A DNA stretch of 64,000 bases from Candidatus Poribacteria bacterium (GTDB taxonomy: Bacteria > Poribacteria > WGA-4E > WGA-3G). This document shows positions 28,366-37,235 of the stretch, piece after piece. The DNA lies in assembly GCA_965205025.1 (NCBI GenBank), contig CBDBFU010000020.1, positions 128,001 to 192,000 on the forward strand. Reading direction: 5' to 3'. Below the pieces are notes generated by a model. It saw nothing but the letters and a program-made list of their open reading frames with translations, was not told the origin of the DNA and made no database searches. A program made the translations under genes and the position numbers. Position 1 is the first letter of the stretch. The number at the start of each line of letters is the position of its first letter.

Positions 28366-28722
28366 TACCATTTCTAAAAAATGGGTTTGCATTACAGGTT
28401 TTTGTGAAATGTAATCTAATACGCCACAAACTAAATGAAGATTAATATATTAATTCGGTATTATACGGGTTATCGGTATTATACTGGTTAAGGATACACC
28501 TTTCGCCCCGCTGGGGCTTAGGTTTAGTGGTTTAGTACGTTTTCTACACACCTTTCGCCCCGCTGGGGCTTAGAATATTGGCGATAACGACTTCAATACA
28601 CATTCCGTCCCTACGGGACTCAATACCAACCAAGTCTGGAGGTATTAGAATTACCGATTTTAAAAGTTAATCTTCATACAGTTTGTGCTACAAAAAAGAG
28701 ACATCTTCAATTAGAAATGGTA
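28366..28722. mobile_element. MITE family A with a nested family B-ended element (28435-28677) carrying CGCCCCGCTGGGGCT repeats
   Basis: A ends flanked by TTA; B ends at the same position as in 19480-19696, but with a different, longer interior. Confidence 0.8.
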
Positions 28723-28728
28723 TTATGA

Positions 28729-30108
28729 TTATCTTTTTGTGTAGGTTTGTGATAGAAATTCCAAGATTTGTAATCGCAATTCTGTCTCCAATTCCTTCAT
28801 TTTTGGTAATCCTGCAAGATTATTCGTTTCATCTGGATCGTTTTGCACATGAAATAAAAGATACACTTCTCCATCTGTATTTAAGGCAACCTTCCATTCC
28901 TGATTCAGCAACATTACTTCGCCACCATATTCTGATATTGCATATTCACGGTGTCTTAAATTCGTGTCATTGACTGTGGCACATAAGGACTTCCCAAATT
29001 GTCTATGTTCTAATTCACTTCCTGCGATTTCAACAAGAGTCGGTCCGATATCAATCCATTCAGCTGGACTATCACATTCTCTACTCAATGATGTACTCTT
29101 TAAGGTATCAGGTGTTCTTACGAGAAGTGGAACTCGGACTGCCCCATTCAAAAAGTTGCTTTTATATATTAAACCGTAATCGCCGTTCATTTCACCGTGA
29201 TCTGAAGAGAAGATAATTACTGTATTATCCAGTTCACCACGATCCTGAATCGTATCAAGTATTTCCCCTATTTGATCATCAATAAGTGTGATATTTCCAG
29301 CGTAATCTGCCCTTAATTTCCCTTCTTCACCCTTTTCAAATTCAGGGTTCATGTTGTTCATCTTTCTATCTAAATTTCCGGTAGGACGATTACCTATTGG
29401 AGGACGGGGGATTGGTGGTGGCATTTGGTTGGGGTCATACATACTTGCATAGGGTTCAGGTGTATCCCACGGTTCGTGAGGTCCACCGAAACTGACCCAG
29501 CAACACCACGGTTCATCACGGTTATATTCTTTTAGATAGTTTTTCGCTTGTTGTCCAACGTATACATCAGCATAGTCTTCAAGACCGAGAGTGGAGGGAC
29601 GAACAAGATATGGTTTCGTACTAAATCGTTCACGGTAATCTTCTCTATATGCATCCCATATACCCTTTTCTTCCCACATTTCTGTCATGTAAGAATTAAC
29701 CCTTGTACTTGCCCTCGGTCCACCAATTTCATTAACATCATCTAACCCATAGGAATGCATCAAGTCTTCACGATCACGTAGATCCCCATTGTGAGGGTGC
29801 AGATGTGTTTTCCCAAACAAACTCGTTCGATAACCCGCTGAACGGACAGATTGCATCCATGTTGGTGTTTCTGGTGATAGTGTATGATTCATATTATCCC
29901 AAACACCAGTGTTATGTGGATATAATCCTGTCGCTAAACTCAGACGCGTGGGAATACATACAGGTGATGTGGTAACACAATTATTAAAACGTACACCTTC
30001 GCTTGCAATTCGATCTAAGTTAGGCGTATTTACCCATCCACCTGAACATCCCATTGCATCCCAACGTTGTTGATCTGTAATGAGTAAGAGTATATTAGGT
30101 TTCATCAT
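28729..30108 (-). CDS. Sulfatase (S1), no signal peptide; close paralog of 26796-28322
   Basis: KPNILLLITDQQR; CIPTR; SDHGE. Confidence 0.92.
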   Translation of the reverse strand: MMKPNILLLITDQQRWDAMGCSGGWVNTPNLDRIASEGVRFNNCVTTSPVCIPTRLSLATGLYPHNTGVWDNMNHTLSPETPTWMQSVRSAGYRTSLFGKTHLHPHNGDLRDREDLMHSYGLDDVNEIGGPRASTRVNSYMTEMWEEKGIWDAYREDYRERFSTKPYLVRPSTLGLEDYADVYVGQQAKNYLKEYNRDEPWCCWVSFGGPHEPWDTPEPYASMYDPNQMPPPIPRPPIGNRPTGNLDRKMNNMNPEFEKGEEGKLRADYAGNITLIDDQIGEILDTIQDRGELDNTVIIFSSDHGEMNGDYGLIYKSNFLNGAVRVPLLVRTPDTLKSTSLSRECDSPAEWIDIGPTLVEIAGSELEHRQFGKSLCATVNDTNLRHREYAISEYGGEVMLLNQEWKVALNTDGEVYLLFHVQNDPDETNNLAGLPKMKELETELRLQILEFLSQTYTKR

Positions 30109-30197
30109 ATTCCTTAATGTAGATTAATGTGAGATCAGTATGGTGGTTCTTGGCTGGATATGGACGGTTTAGAATATAGACTAAGACTATGTAATTC

Positions 30198-31040
30198 CTA
30201 ATTCCGGTCTATACCTGCCTCTACAAAGGCTTTTGACAAGGTCTCATAAGAGAGCGTAGCAGCAGCAAGTGGATCATAGTTTTCACGAGCCTGTACCATG
30301 AAACTTACTTCAGCAGTAATAAACCCATCATATCCGTGTGCTTCCATTAACTTAAGATATTCAACATAATCGAATGGACCTTCACCCGGAATTAGAAATT
30401 CGAAGTCTGGAGCTAAACCTTTTTGATCCTTAACATGTGTATGTATTGAAACAGGTGCTAATGCAGAAACGGTTTCTTCTGTTGGTATACCTACAATATC
30501 AAAATGACTGATATCAAAGTTTACCTTTAGATAGGGAGAATTGATGAGTTCAAGAAGCTCAAGAACTTTTTCTGGTGTATCAATAATTGCCCCGATATGC
30601 GGTTCCATAGCAATAGTGACACCTCGTGATGCCCCATATTCTACCAATTCACCCACCCGTTCAACTAAGAATTCCTTGTTTGTATCCCAATCTTCAGGTT
30701 TACCACCAGGGGTTGTGTTGACTGCAGCAATCTCATCACCTTGAGCCAAGTCAATAGCCAAGTCAACACCACCCTTTAGTCGCCACATATTCTTTGCGTG
30801 AGCATCCGGATTAGTGTCTAATAAACTGGAATGGGCAGCAATTGCTGGCAATGCCAGATTATGTTGTTTGAGTAAAGTTGTAATACGTTTACGTTCAGCA
30901 CTATCTAATGTACTCAATTCTGTTGTAAAACGTGGTATGATGGTTAATTCAATTCCATCAAATCCAAGTTCTGCCACATGAGTAATGGCAGTATCTATAG
31001 GTATAGTCGGCATTCCCCATGTGCTATAACCCAATTTCAT
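30198..31040 (-). CDS. Sugar-phosphate isomerase/epimerase (xylose-isomerase-like TIM barrel)
   Basis: GFDGIEL, IAMEPH, NFDISH, HTHVKD and GYDGFITAE motifs. Confidence 0.88.
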   Translation of the reverse strand: MKLGYSTWGMPTIPIDTAITHVAELGFDGIELTIIPRFTTELSTLDSAERKRITTLLKQHNLALPAIAAHSSLLDTNPDAHAKNMWRLKGGVDLAIDLAQGDEIAAVNTTPGGKPEDWDTNKEFLVERVGELVEYGASRGVTIAMEPHIGAIIDTPEKVLELLELINSPYLKVNFDISHFDIVGIPTEETVSALAPVSIHTHVKDQKGLAPDFEFLIPGEGPFDYVEYLKLMEAHGYDGFITAEVSFMVQARENYDPLAAATLSYETLSKAFVEAGIDRN

Positions 31041-31077
31041 GTGGTTTCTCCGTTTGGTAGAAGTAAATTAAAGATCG

Positions 31078-31779
31078 TCAGAAAATCCAACTAAAGATGG
31101 TACCAATAGAGGCAATCCATTCAAACATAAGGAAATCTACACGTTGAATAAGCAGAGCCACACGTCCCATTACGGTATTACCAAATGCTGATCCGAAACC
31201 TATCATCAGAAATGCAATACCCACTTTAGACAAACCTTTGATTGGACCTCGATGCTCTACTGAAAAGAAGAAATATGTGAGTGTACATACTACACCAATA
31301 ACCATAAGAATCGCACCAAATATCTCGAAAGTAGTTAGTGCTGGTATAACATCACCATTTGCAGCAATAGTCTCACCTGTCATCTTTCCAAAGGGTTCAA
31401 GCGTTCCACGCGTTTGTTCGAATATGTTCGCTCTTAATACAAGGGGAATTGCGATTCCTGATCCATAACCAATTAGAATTGCGATCGGATATCTGATTAA
31501 CCATGTATGTTGTGGAGAAAGTCGTGCAAAGAAAAGTAAACCTAAAGCAATCGGTATTATTACCCAAATTCCTGTTATATCTTGGAATGTAATTGCCTCC
31601 CAAAATGGTTTCCAAGCAAGGGGTAGAAATCCTTGGTGAATAGAAAGGACAATTAGGTATCCCACAGATATACCGACAAATAGATGTTCTGCAAACCGGT
31701 AGAGAGGATTGTCTTTATATAGAAAACTATAAATACAAAGGGTAAGGAACGCTGCAACCCAAATTCCAAGTAACTGCAT
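31078..31779 (-). CDS. Conserved hypothetical integral membrane protein
   Basis: About 6 TM segments; SFLYKDNPLYRFAEHLFVG and FLMIGFGSAFGNTVMGR; start overlaps the upstream stop codon. Confidence 0.75.
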   Translation of the reverse strand: MQLLGIWVAAFLTLCIYSFLYKDNPLYRFAEHLFVGISVGYLIVLSIHQGFLPLAWKPFWEAITFQDITGIWVIIPIALGLLFFARLSPQHTWLIRYPIAILIGYGSGIAIPLVLRANIFEQTRGTLEPFGKMTGETIAANGDVIPALTTFEIFGAILMVIGVVCTLTYFFFSVEHRGPIKGLSKVGIAFLMIGFGSAFGNTVMGRVALLIQRVDFLMFEWIASIGTIFSWIF

Positions 31780-32597
31780 TATGTTTCCTCCCGTCCACGA
31801 TGTGCAAAGTAGGCGATATTGCCGATTATTACCAATAAAACTATCAGAAGATGGACGAAGGATTCGACATTAATCCACTGCATCCCTTTTTCAGGAACAC
31901 CGACAAGATTCTCATATTCTGCAGCACCTAAGATGCCAGACATTAATCCGACTAACTGACCTGTCTGCAGATACGGAAACATCTGTGATATCATCACCCC
32001 AGTAACGCCTGCCCCTATTTTAAGATTGTATTTATCATTTGCATAGATAATCCAAGCATCTGGTGTTGCTGAAGATGCTAAATCAACAAGAAGATCAATC
32101 TGGTCATAATTTACGATATTCTTCATCATAGGGATTTCTGATAAAGGCTTCCCACTTAAATCAGTTTCAAACACTCCGGCTATTTCCGTTCCCATCCCAA
32201 GGATCACTTGGGTTGATCCCGGACGAAATCCGAGAAACACATAGTCTTCTCCATCTACGGCATTTACTTCTTCTGCCACTTCCTTGATTAATGTACTTGC
32301 TAAGGTTGTTCCATCAGAAATTAGTGTAAGTGCAATAACATTCACCCCTTTACGAAAACATTGAATAAGTACTGCTCTTGCCATGGGGTTAAGTTCTGCT
32401 AACGAAGAGGGTCCATAGTCAAAAGCGAGCATGATTGTTGATTCTTCAGGAAGATTCTCAATGTAATTAAATAGATTAAGTGTCGGTTCAGAAATAGTTA
32501 CTGGTAAATTCACTGAAAACAACATTGGGATTATCACTGCTAAAGCAACCAATATAAAGACATATCTTCGATCCATGTTGACAAGTCGTGTAAACAT
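31779..32597 (-). CDS. Conserved hypothetical membrane-anchored alpha/beta protein
   Basis: N- and C-terminal TM helices flanking DYGPSSLAELNP, DYVFLGFRPG and PYLQTGQLVGLMSGILGAAEYE. Confidence 0.75.
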   Translation of the reverse strand: MFTRLVNMDRRYVFILVALAVIIPMLFSVNLPVTISEPTLNLFNYIENLPEESTIMLAFDYGPSSLAELNPMARAVLIQCFRKGVNVIALTLISDGTTLASTLIKEVAEEVNAVDGEDYVFLGFRPGSTQVILGMGTEIAGVFETDLSGKPLSEIPMMKNIVNYDQIDLLVDLASSATPDAWIIYANDKYNLKIGAGVTGVMISQMFPYLQTGQLVGLMSGILGAAEYENLVGVPEKGMQWINVESFVHLLIVLLVIIGNIAYFAHRGREET

Positions 32598-32600
32598 TAT

Positions 32601-33299
32601 TTAATCCCCTCCTCCCAGATATGATCGTTCAATACCTAATATAATACGAATGGATTGTGAGATAACACCTAAACTTACACCGAGAATAATACCTCTTCTT
32701 GCAGATAAGTTAGGATTATCCAATATCCATTCACGTGCTGCAGATGCTTGATTCTCTATACCAAAAAAGGAGAGACCTGTCCAGGACATAGTCGTATTCC
32801 ACATGATACCTGTCCAGGACATAATCTTATTCCACATGAGATCTCCTACAGGTACATTCCCAAGCATAACTATCAATGCTGTTACCAGTAGTAGGGTAGC
32901 TTCGAACGACCTTGCACGGAATGCTCTATAGGCAGCAGATGCAATAAAAAATGCGAGCAATGAAAACATCGTTGCATCCATTGGTACTTGAACATTTGTG
33001 TATAACCATACAAATACTGGATTCTCTGGACCGAATGTACCACCAATTAGAACCATTGTAATTAGACCAGCGAAAACAACAAAACTATACCCCCAATGTT
33101 CAGAACGACGTTGAATTCGGTTAATATGTGTCTGTATAAGCGTTATCGTAGCTAAGATAAGTGCAAATGGTCCTATAATTAATGCCCCATCAATTACTCT
33201 TTTAAAGATACTTTTGGATACAGGATGTGGACTAAACTGTGTAAAAATCATCACTACCCCGAAAAGGAAACAGAGAGCTAATGGAATTTGTCGCTTCAT
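32601..33299 (-). CDS. Conserved hypothetical integral membrane protein
   Basis: GGAGGT RBS before ATG 33299; TMFSLLAFFIASAAYRAFRARS and RGIILG...IRIILGIER. Confidence 0.75.
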   Translation of the reverse strand: MKRQIPLALCFLFGVVMIFTQFSPHPVSKSIFKRVIDGALIIGPFALILATITLIQTHINRIQRRSEHWGYSFVVFAGLITMVLIGGTFGPENPVFVWLYTNVQVPMDATMFSLLAFFIASAAYRAFRARSFEATLLLVTALIVMLGNVPVGDLMWNKIMSWTGIMWNTTMSWTGLSFFGIENQASAAREWILDNPNLSARRGIILGVSLGVISQSIRIILGIERSYLGGGD

Positions 33300-33307
33300 A
33301 TTACCTC

Positions 33308-34495
33308 CTATCTCACATTCTGTAAAAGAGTAGTGATCCAATTAATACCAGATAATTCAAGAATAACACCTAAGACGATCAATCCAAATATGAAAAGTTT
33401 ACCCCAATCCTGTCCCCTTAGACTTCCAAGTAGCATAGGTTCTCTGGATAGATAAGCACTTGCTGCATATAGTTCTTCACCTATAAGGGTATAATCACAC
33501 GCTGCTATAAAGAATGGAAGTTGTGCTTCAGAATCTGTCCCGGCAATTTGTATTGCCCCGATAGAGTTCCCAGTTTCAGCCAGAATTAGTGATTCGGCAT
33601 AGAATGTGCCTTGTAGGAAAATCGCAGCCGGTTTTTCACGAAGCATCATACCATCAACACCTGCAGCATAGGCAAATTGACTTTCAGTTAGGAAGAAGAT
33701 ATTGTCCTCATTATATGCATCTGGCCGTCCTTCATCTAAATAAGAGGTTTTTACCATTTCACGTACAACATTTAGGACAATAGGGTCATTACATGGAACA
33801 CGTAATGGGGTTTCATAATCTGCTGTTCTACGTGCAACTTGTCCAAGAATTGTCATACTGGCAATAGTTGCAACATTACTCACACTCCCTAAACCTAATA
33901 CATACAATATTGACCGTCCCATCTCTGTGGCTCTGCCAATAGCTTCATCCACGGCTTCCAAACCAGGAATACGTCGGACAAACACATCTTTTCCACCTTT
34001 GGCATAGTAAATATTTCCAACAATAACTACAGAAAATAGCAACATTGCTAATAAGAGTGGTATCTTTCCAGTATTAAAAAATTGAGCGGTCGGTGAAATG
34101 GTATCTGTGGGTTGGGAGTCTGTAGTCTCACCCGTTTCAGTTACTGCCTGGATAATATAGGTAAATGTATTCAGTCTACTCACAGTGGAATCTTCATGCT
34201 TATCTTCATACTTACATAGATTGGTTTTTTGGTCAATTACATCCTCAAGGCTTAATTGTTCACCAAGCTTATTATACTCAGCACCATCTATACTACTGAG
34301 AATATTGTAACCAACTATTCCACTACCTTCTTCAGGTACATCCCAGGTGACAGTGATACTTGATCCATCGTCGTTAGGGGTGTCTTTGGCAACTACATTT
34401 GTAGGTGCAGCCGGTCCTTGGCAGTAACCCAATGATGTCCATAGGAATAGTGTGGTACATACAGCTATCCATAGACAAATCTTGTTGTGTTTCAT
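33308..34495 (-). CDS. Fibronectin-III-like domain plus DUF6754-like membrane protein
   Basis: Signal peptide; PAAPTNVVAKDTPNDDGSSITVTW (FN3-like); IPGLEAVDEAIGRATEMGR and LIGEELYAASAYLS resemble DUF6754 (recalled, not searched). Confidence 0.72.
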   Translation of the reverse strand: MKHNKICLWIAVCTTLFLWTSLGYCQGPAAPTNVVAKDTPNDDGSSITVTWDVPEEGSGIVGYNILSSIDGAEYNKLGEQLSLEDVIDQKTNLCKYEDKHEDSTVSRLNTFTYIIQAVTETGETTDSQPTDTISPTAQFFNTGKIPLLLAMLLFSVVIVGNIYYAKGGKDVFVRRIPGLEAVDEAIGRATEMGRSILYVLGLGSVSNVATIASMTILGQVARRTADYETPLRVPCNDPIVLNVVREMVKTSYLDEGRPDAYNEDNIFFLTESQFAYAAGVDGMMLREKPAAIFLQGTFYAESLILAETGNSIGAIQIAGTDSEAQLPFFIAACDYTLIGEELYAASAYLSREPMLLGSLRGQDWGKLFIFGLIVLGVILELSGINWITTLLQNVR

Positions 34496-34531
34496 AAACT
34501 TCCTTTTACAATGTTAGAGTATTTTATAGAA

Positions 34532-35620
34532 TTAATAACATTCGATAATTGCATCTTTCACTTTTGTTTCAGGTATATCGTCCCGTATGACAACTTTACC
34601 TATTCTTGTTGGTAATATTAGACGTAATGTTCCATCAATTACTTTCTTATCGTGGAACATGGCAGCGCAAATTTTTTCATGAGAATGTTCTTGAGGAAAG
34701 GTTAGCGGTAATTTAGCGTGTTTTAATAGTCTGTGTTGTCGTTGGAAATTGGATTCAGAAAATATCCCTATATTGGTTGCTAACCGTGCGGCACAATTCA
34801 TTCCAATAGAGACTGCTTCCCCATGTCTGTATTTTTTATATTCAGTTACTGCTTCAAGTGCATGACCAAATGTATGTCCATAGTTAAGCACCATTCTGAG
34901 TCTACTCTCTTTTTCATCCTTAGCTACTATTTCTGCTTTTCCAGCACAAGCTTGTGAGATCATCTCAACTAAAATTTCTTCATCTAAACCTACTATTTTA
35001 TCAAGATTTTCTTCGACTAATTTAAACAAGGATTCATCTCGTATCACACCCATTTTTATAACTTCAATTAACCCAGCGCGAATATCTTTTTCTGGAAGGG
35101 ATTCAAGTGTATTTACATCTATCAATACTAATTTCGGTTGATGGAATGCCCCAATAAGGTTTTTTCCTTTTGTATGATTAATCGCAGTTTTTCCACCAAC
35201 ACTTGCATCCACTTGTGCTTGTAATGTTGTTGGGACCTGTACAATCGGAATACCCCGCATGTATACAGCCGCTGCAAATCCTGCTAAATCCCCTACTACA
35301 CCCCCACCAAGAGCAATTACTATTGATTTTCTATCAAACTGTTTTTCAATTAAAAAATCCTGTATTCGAGAAAACTGTTTTAATGATTTGCTTCCCTCTC
35401 CAGACGGTATTTCAATGCTATATATATCTAAACCTTGTTTACCAAGACTACTTAGAGCGATTGGTGTATATTGTTCAGTAATAGATGCATCACTTACCAC
35501 AAGTACTTTGGAAGGTTTTAATTCCTTAATTAGATATTCACCTATCTGTTTTAGAATATCTTTTCCCACATAAATGGGATAAGAATGATCCTTTAATTCA
35601 AGATGTAAGATATTGGTCAC
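34532..35620 (-). CDS. aroB: 3-dehydroquinate synthase
   Basis: GGGVVGDLAGF, PTTLQAQVDASVGGKT, LNYGHTFGHALE and HGEAV motifs. Confidence 0.96.
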   Translation of the reverse strand: MTNILHLELKDHSYPIYVGKDILKQIGEYLIKELKPSKVLVVSDASITEQYTPIALSSLGKQGLDIYSIEIPSGEGSKSLKQFSRIQDFLIEKQFDRKSIVIALGGGVVGDLAGFAAAVYMRGIPIVQVPTTLQAQVDASVGGKTAINHTKGKNLIGAFHQPKLVLIDVNTLESLPEKDIRAGLIEVIKMGVIRDESLFKLVEENLDKIVGLDEEILVEMISQACAGKAEIVAKDEKESRLRMVLNYGHTFGHALEAVTEYKKYRHGEAVSIGMNCAARLATNIGIFSESNFQRQHRLLKHAKLPLTFPQEHSHEKICAAMFHDKKVIDGTLRLILPTRIGKVVIRDDIPETKVKDAIIECY

Positions 35621-35650
35621 AGTCTCGTTTATCTACCTATGTAAATCCTT

Positions 35651-36190
35651 TTATAAGGAAACAGTATTGTTGTATATCTCTTTTATGTGTGAAATCACAT
35701 CATTAAATGTTTTTTCAGTCGTATCTACCATATAATCCGCTTTGGAATAAAATTGTGCACGATCATTTAACATATTTCGTATTGTATCCATTGGGTCTGG
35801 AGTTTGGAGAAGTGGACGGTGAGTTTGGTGACCAATTCTACGAAAGATCTCTTCTGGGGTTGCGGTAAGACAGAAAATGATCCCATATTCCTTGAGAATT
35901 CTCATGTTTTCCTCTCTTAAGACAACTCCCCCTCCAGTTGAGATCACATGGTTTCTAAGTTTGGACACTTTAATTACTGCTTCAGTTTCTAAATCTCTAA
36001 AAACCTGCTCTCCATCTTGCGCAAAAATATCACTTATCCAACGTTGACTGTCCCTTTCAATGACATTATCTGTATCAATATATCGCATCCGCAGATGGGA
36101 CGATAACCGTTTACCAATTGATGTCTTACCTGTTCCCATAAAACCGACAAGTACTATATTCGAATTACTTTTTATCAGCCGATCCACCAA
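35651..36190 (-). CDS. aroK: Shikimate kinase
   Basis: GFMGTGKT, GEQVFRDLE, STGGG and RPLL motifs; adjacent to aroB. Confidence 0.95.
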   Translation of the reverse strand: MVDRLIKSNSNIVLVGFMGTGKTSIGKRLSSHLRMRYIDTDNVIERDSQRWISDIFAQDGEQVFRDLETEAVIKVSKLRNHVISTGGGVVLREENMRILKEYGIIFCLTATPEEIFRRIGHQTHRPLLQTPDPMDTIRNMLNDRAQFYSKADYMVDTTEKTFNDVISHIKEIYNNTVSL

Positions 36191-36401
36191 TTTAGTATTA
36201 CCTCATCAGGAATTTTATTTAGAACAATACATTATCATATATTATGTGTATTATACATTATGTCTAAACTCTTGTAAAGATTGAAGTAATTTGGGTATGT
36301 AATCTTTTTGTCACTTTACTAAGTACCAATACAATCTCAATTCCAAACACATCCGATCAGAATTTACCGATTACAAGAAATTCTTCAATACATCACTGCA
36401 C

Positions 36402-37235
36402 TTATTTACCTAAAGCTTTCGGGGGTTTTGACGTTCCTACTAAACCTGCCAGTACTACCATTGTTAATATATGTGGAATAGACTTCAATAATTGATCTGG
36501 AATCCCCCAACGATTTTCTAAACCTAAGGTGGCAGCAAAACCGAAAAGAAGACACGCTGCTACCCCATTGAGTGGACGCCAATTACCGAATATTACAGCT
36601 GCCAATGCGACATAACCTCTACCGGCTGTAATACCTTTTGTAAAAATATGTACATTTGAGGACAGAAAACAACCACCAAGTGATGCTAAAACTCCACTTA
36701 TTATTACTCCGAAATACTGCCATCTTGCGCGACTTAAACTGAGAGTTTTTAATGCTTCAGTTGATTCTCCCGCAGCACGTAAACGTAATCCCCATGGAGT
36801 TTTATATAGAAATAAGTGGCTTAAAATCATTATTATTGGCACCAATAAGACTAAAATACTATATACACCGAGGAGTGGTATTTTTACCTCTGGTAATCCC
36901 GGTACACGTTCAGAAGTAGGTATGAGATATTCAGTGACCCCTAATGCGAATATGTTGATTGCTAATCCTGTAACAATGTGCTCTGCATGGAAAGTAATCG
37001 TTGCTACAGCATGAATTAGGGCTAAGATGATACCTAAACAAACACCGAATAGGAGTCCAATCCATTCCGAACCGGATATTTGTGCACCTATAACATATCC
37101 GTATGCACCTATTAACATCATTCCCTCTAAGGCGATATTTATAATACCTGACCTTTCGGAATATATGCCACCTAAAGCCGCAAACCCTAAAGGAGTGGTC
37201 AATCTCAGTGTACTTGGAATTAACTGAAAAATCAT
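36402..37235 (-). CDS. Nucleoside/sugar ABC transporter permease (NupC-like)
   Basis: SERSGIINIALEGMML, GLRLRAAGE and GRGYVALAAVIFGNW motifs. Confidence 0.88.
   Translation of the reverse strand: MIFQLIPSTLRLTTPLGFAALGGIYSERSGIINIALEGMMLIGAYGYVIGAQISGSEWIGLLFGVCLGIILALIHAVATITFHAEHIVTGLAINIFALGVTEYLIPTSERVPGLPEVKIPLLGVYSILVLLVPIIMILSHLFLYKTPWGLRLRAAGESTEALKTLSLSRARWQYFGVIISGVLASLGGCFLSSNVHIFTKGITAGRGYVALAAVIFGNWRPLNGVAACLLFGFAATLGLENRWGIPDQLLKSIPHILTMVVLAGLVGTSKPPKALGK

Noticed and set aside
28495-28620. ~52-bp-period palindromic repeats as a mini-CRISPR
   Set aside because: Two to three degenerate units enclosed in TIRs; no leader or cas genes
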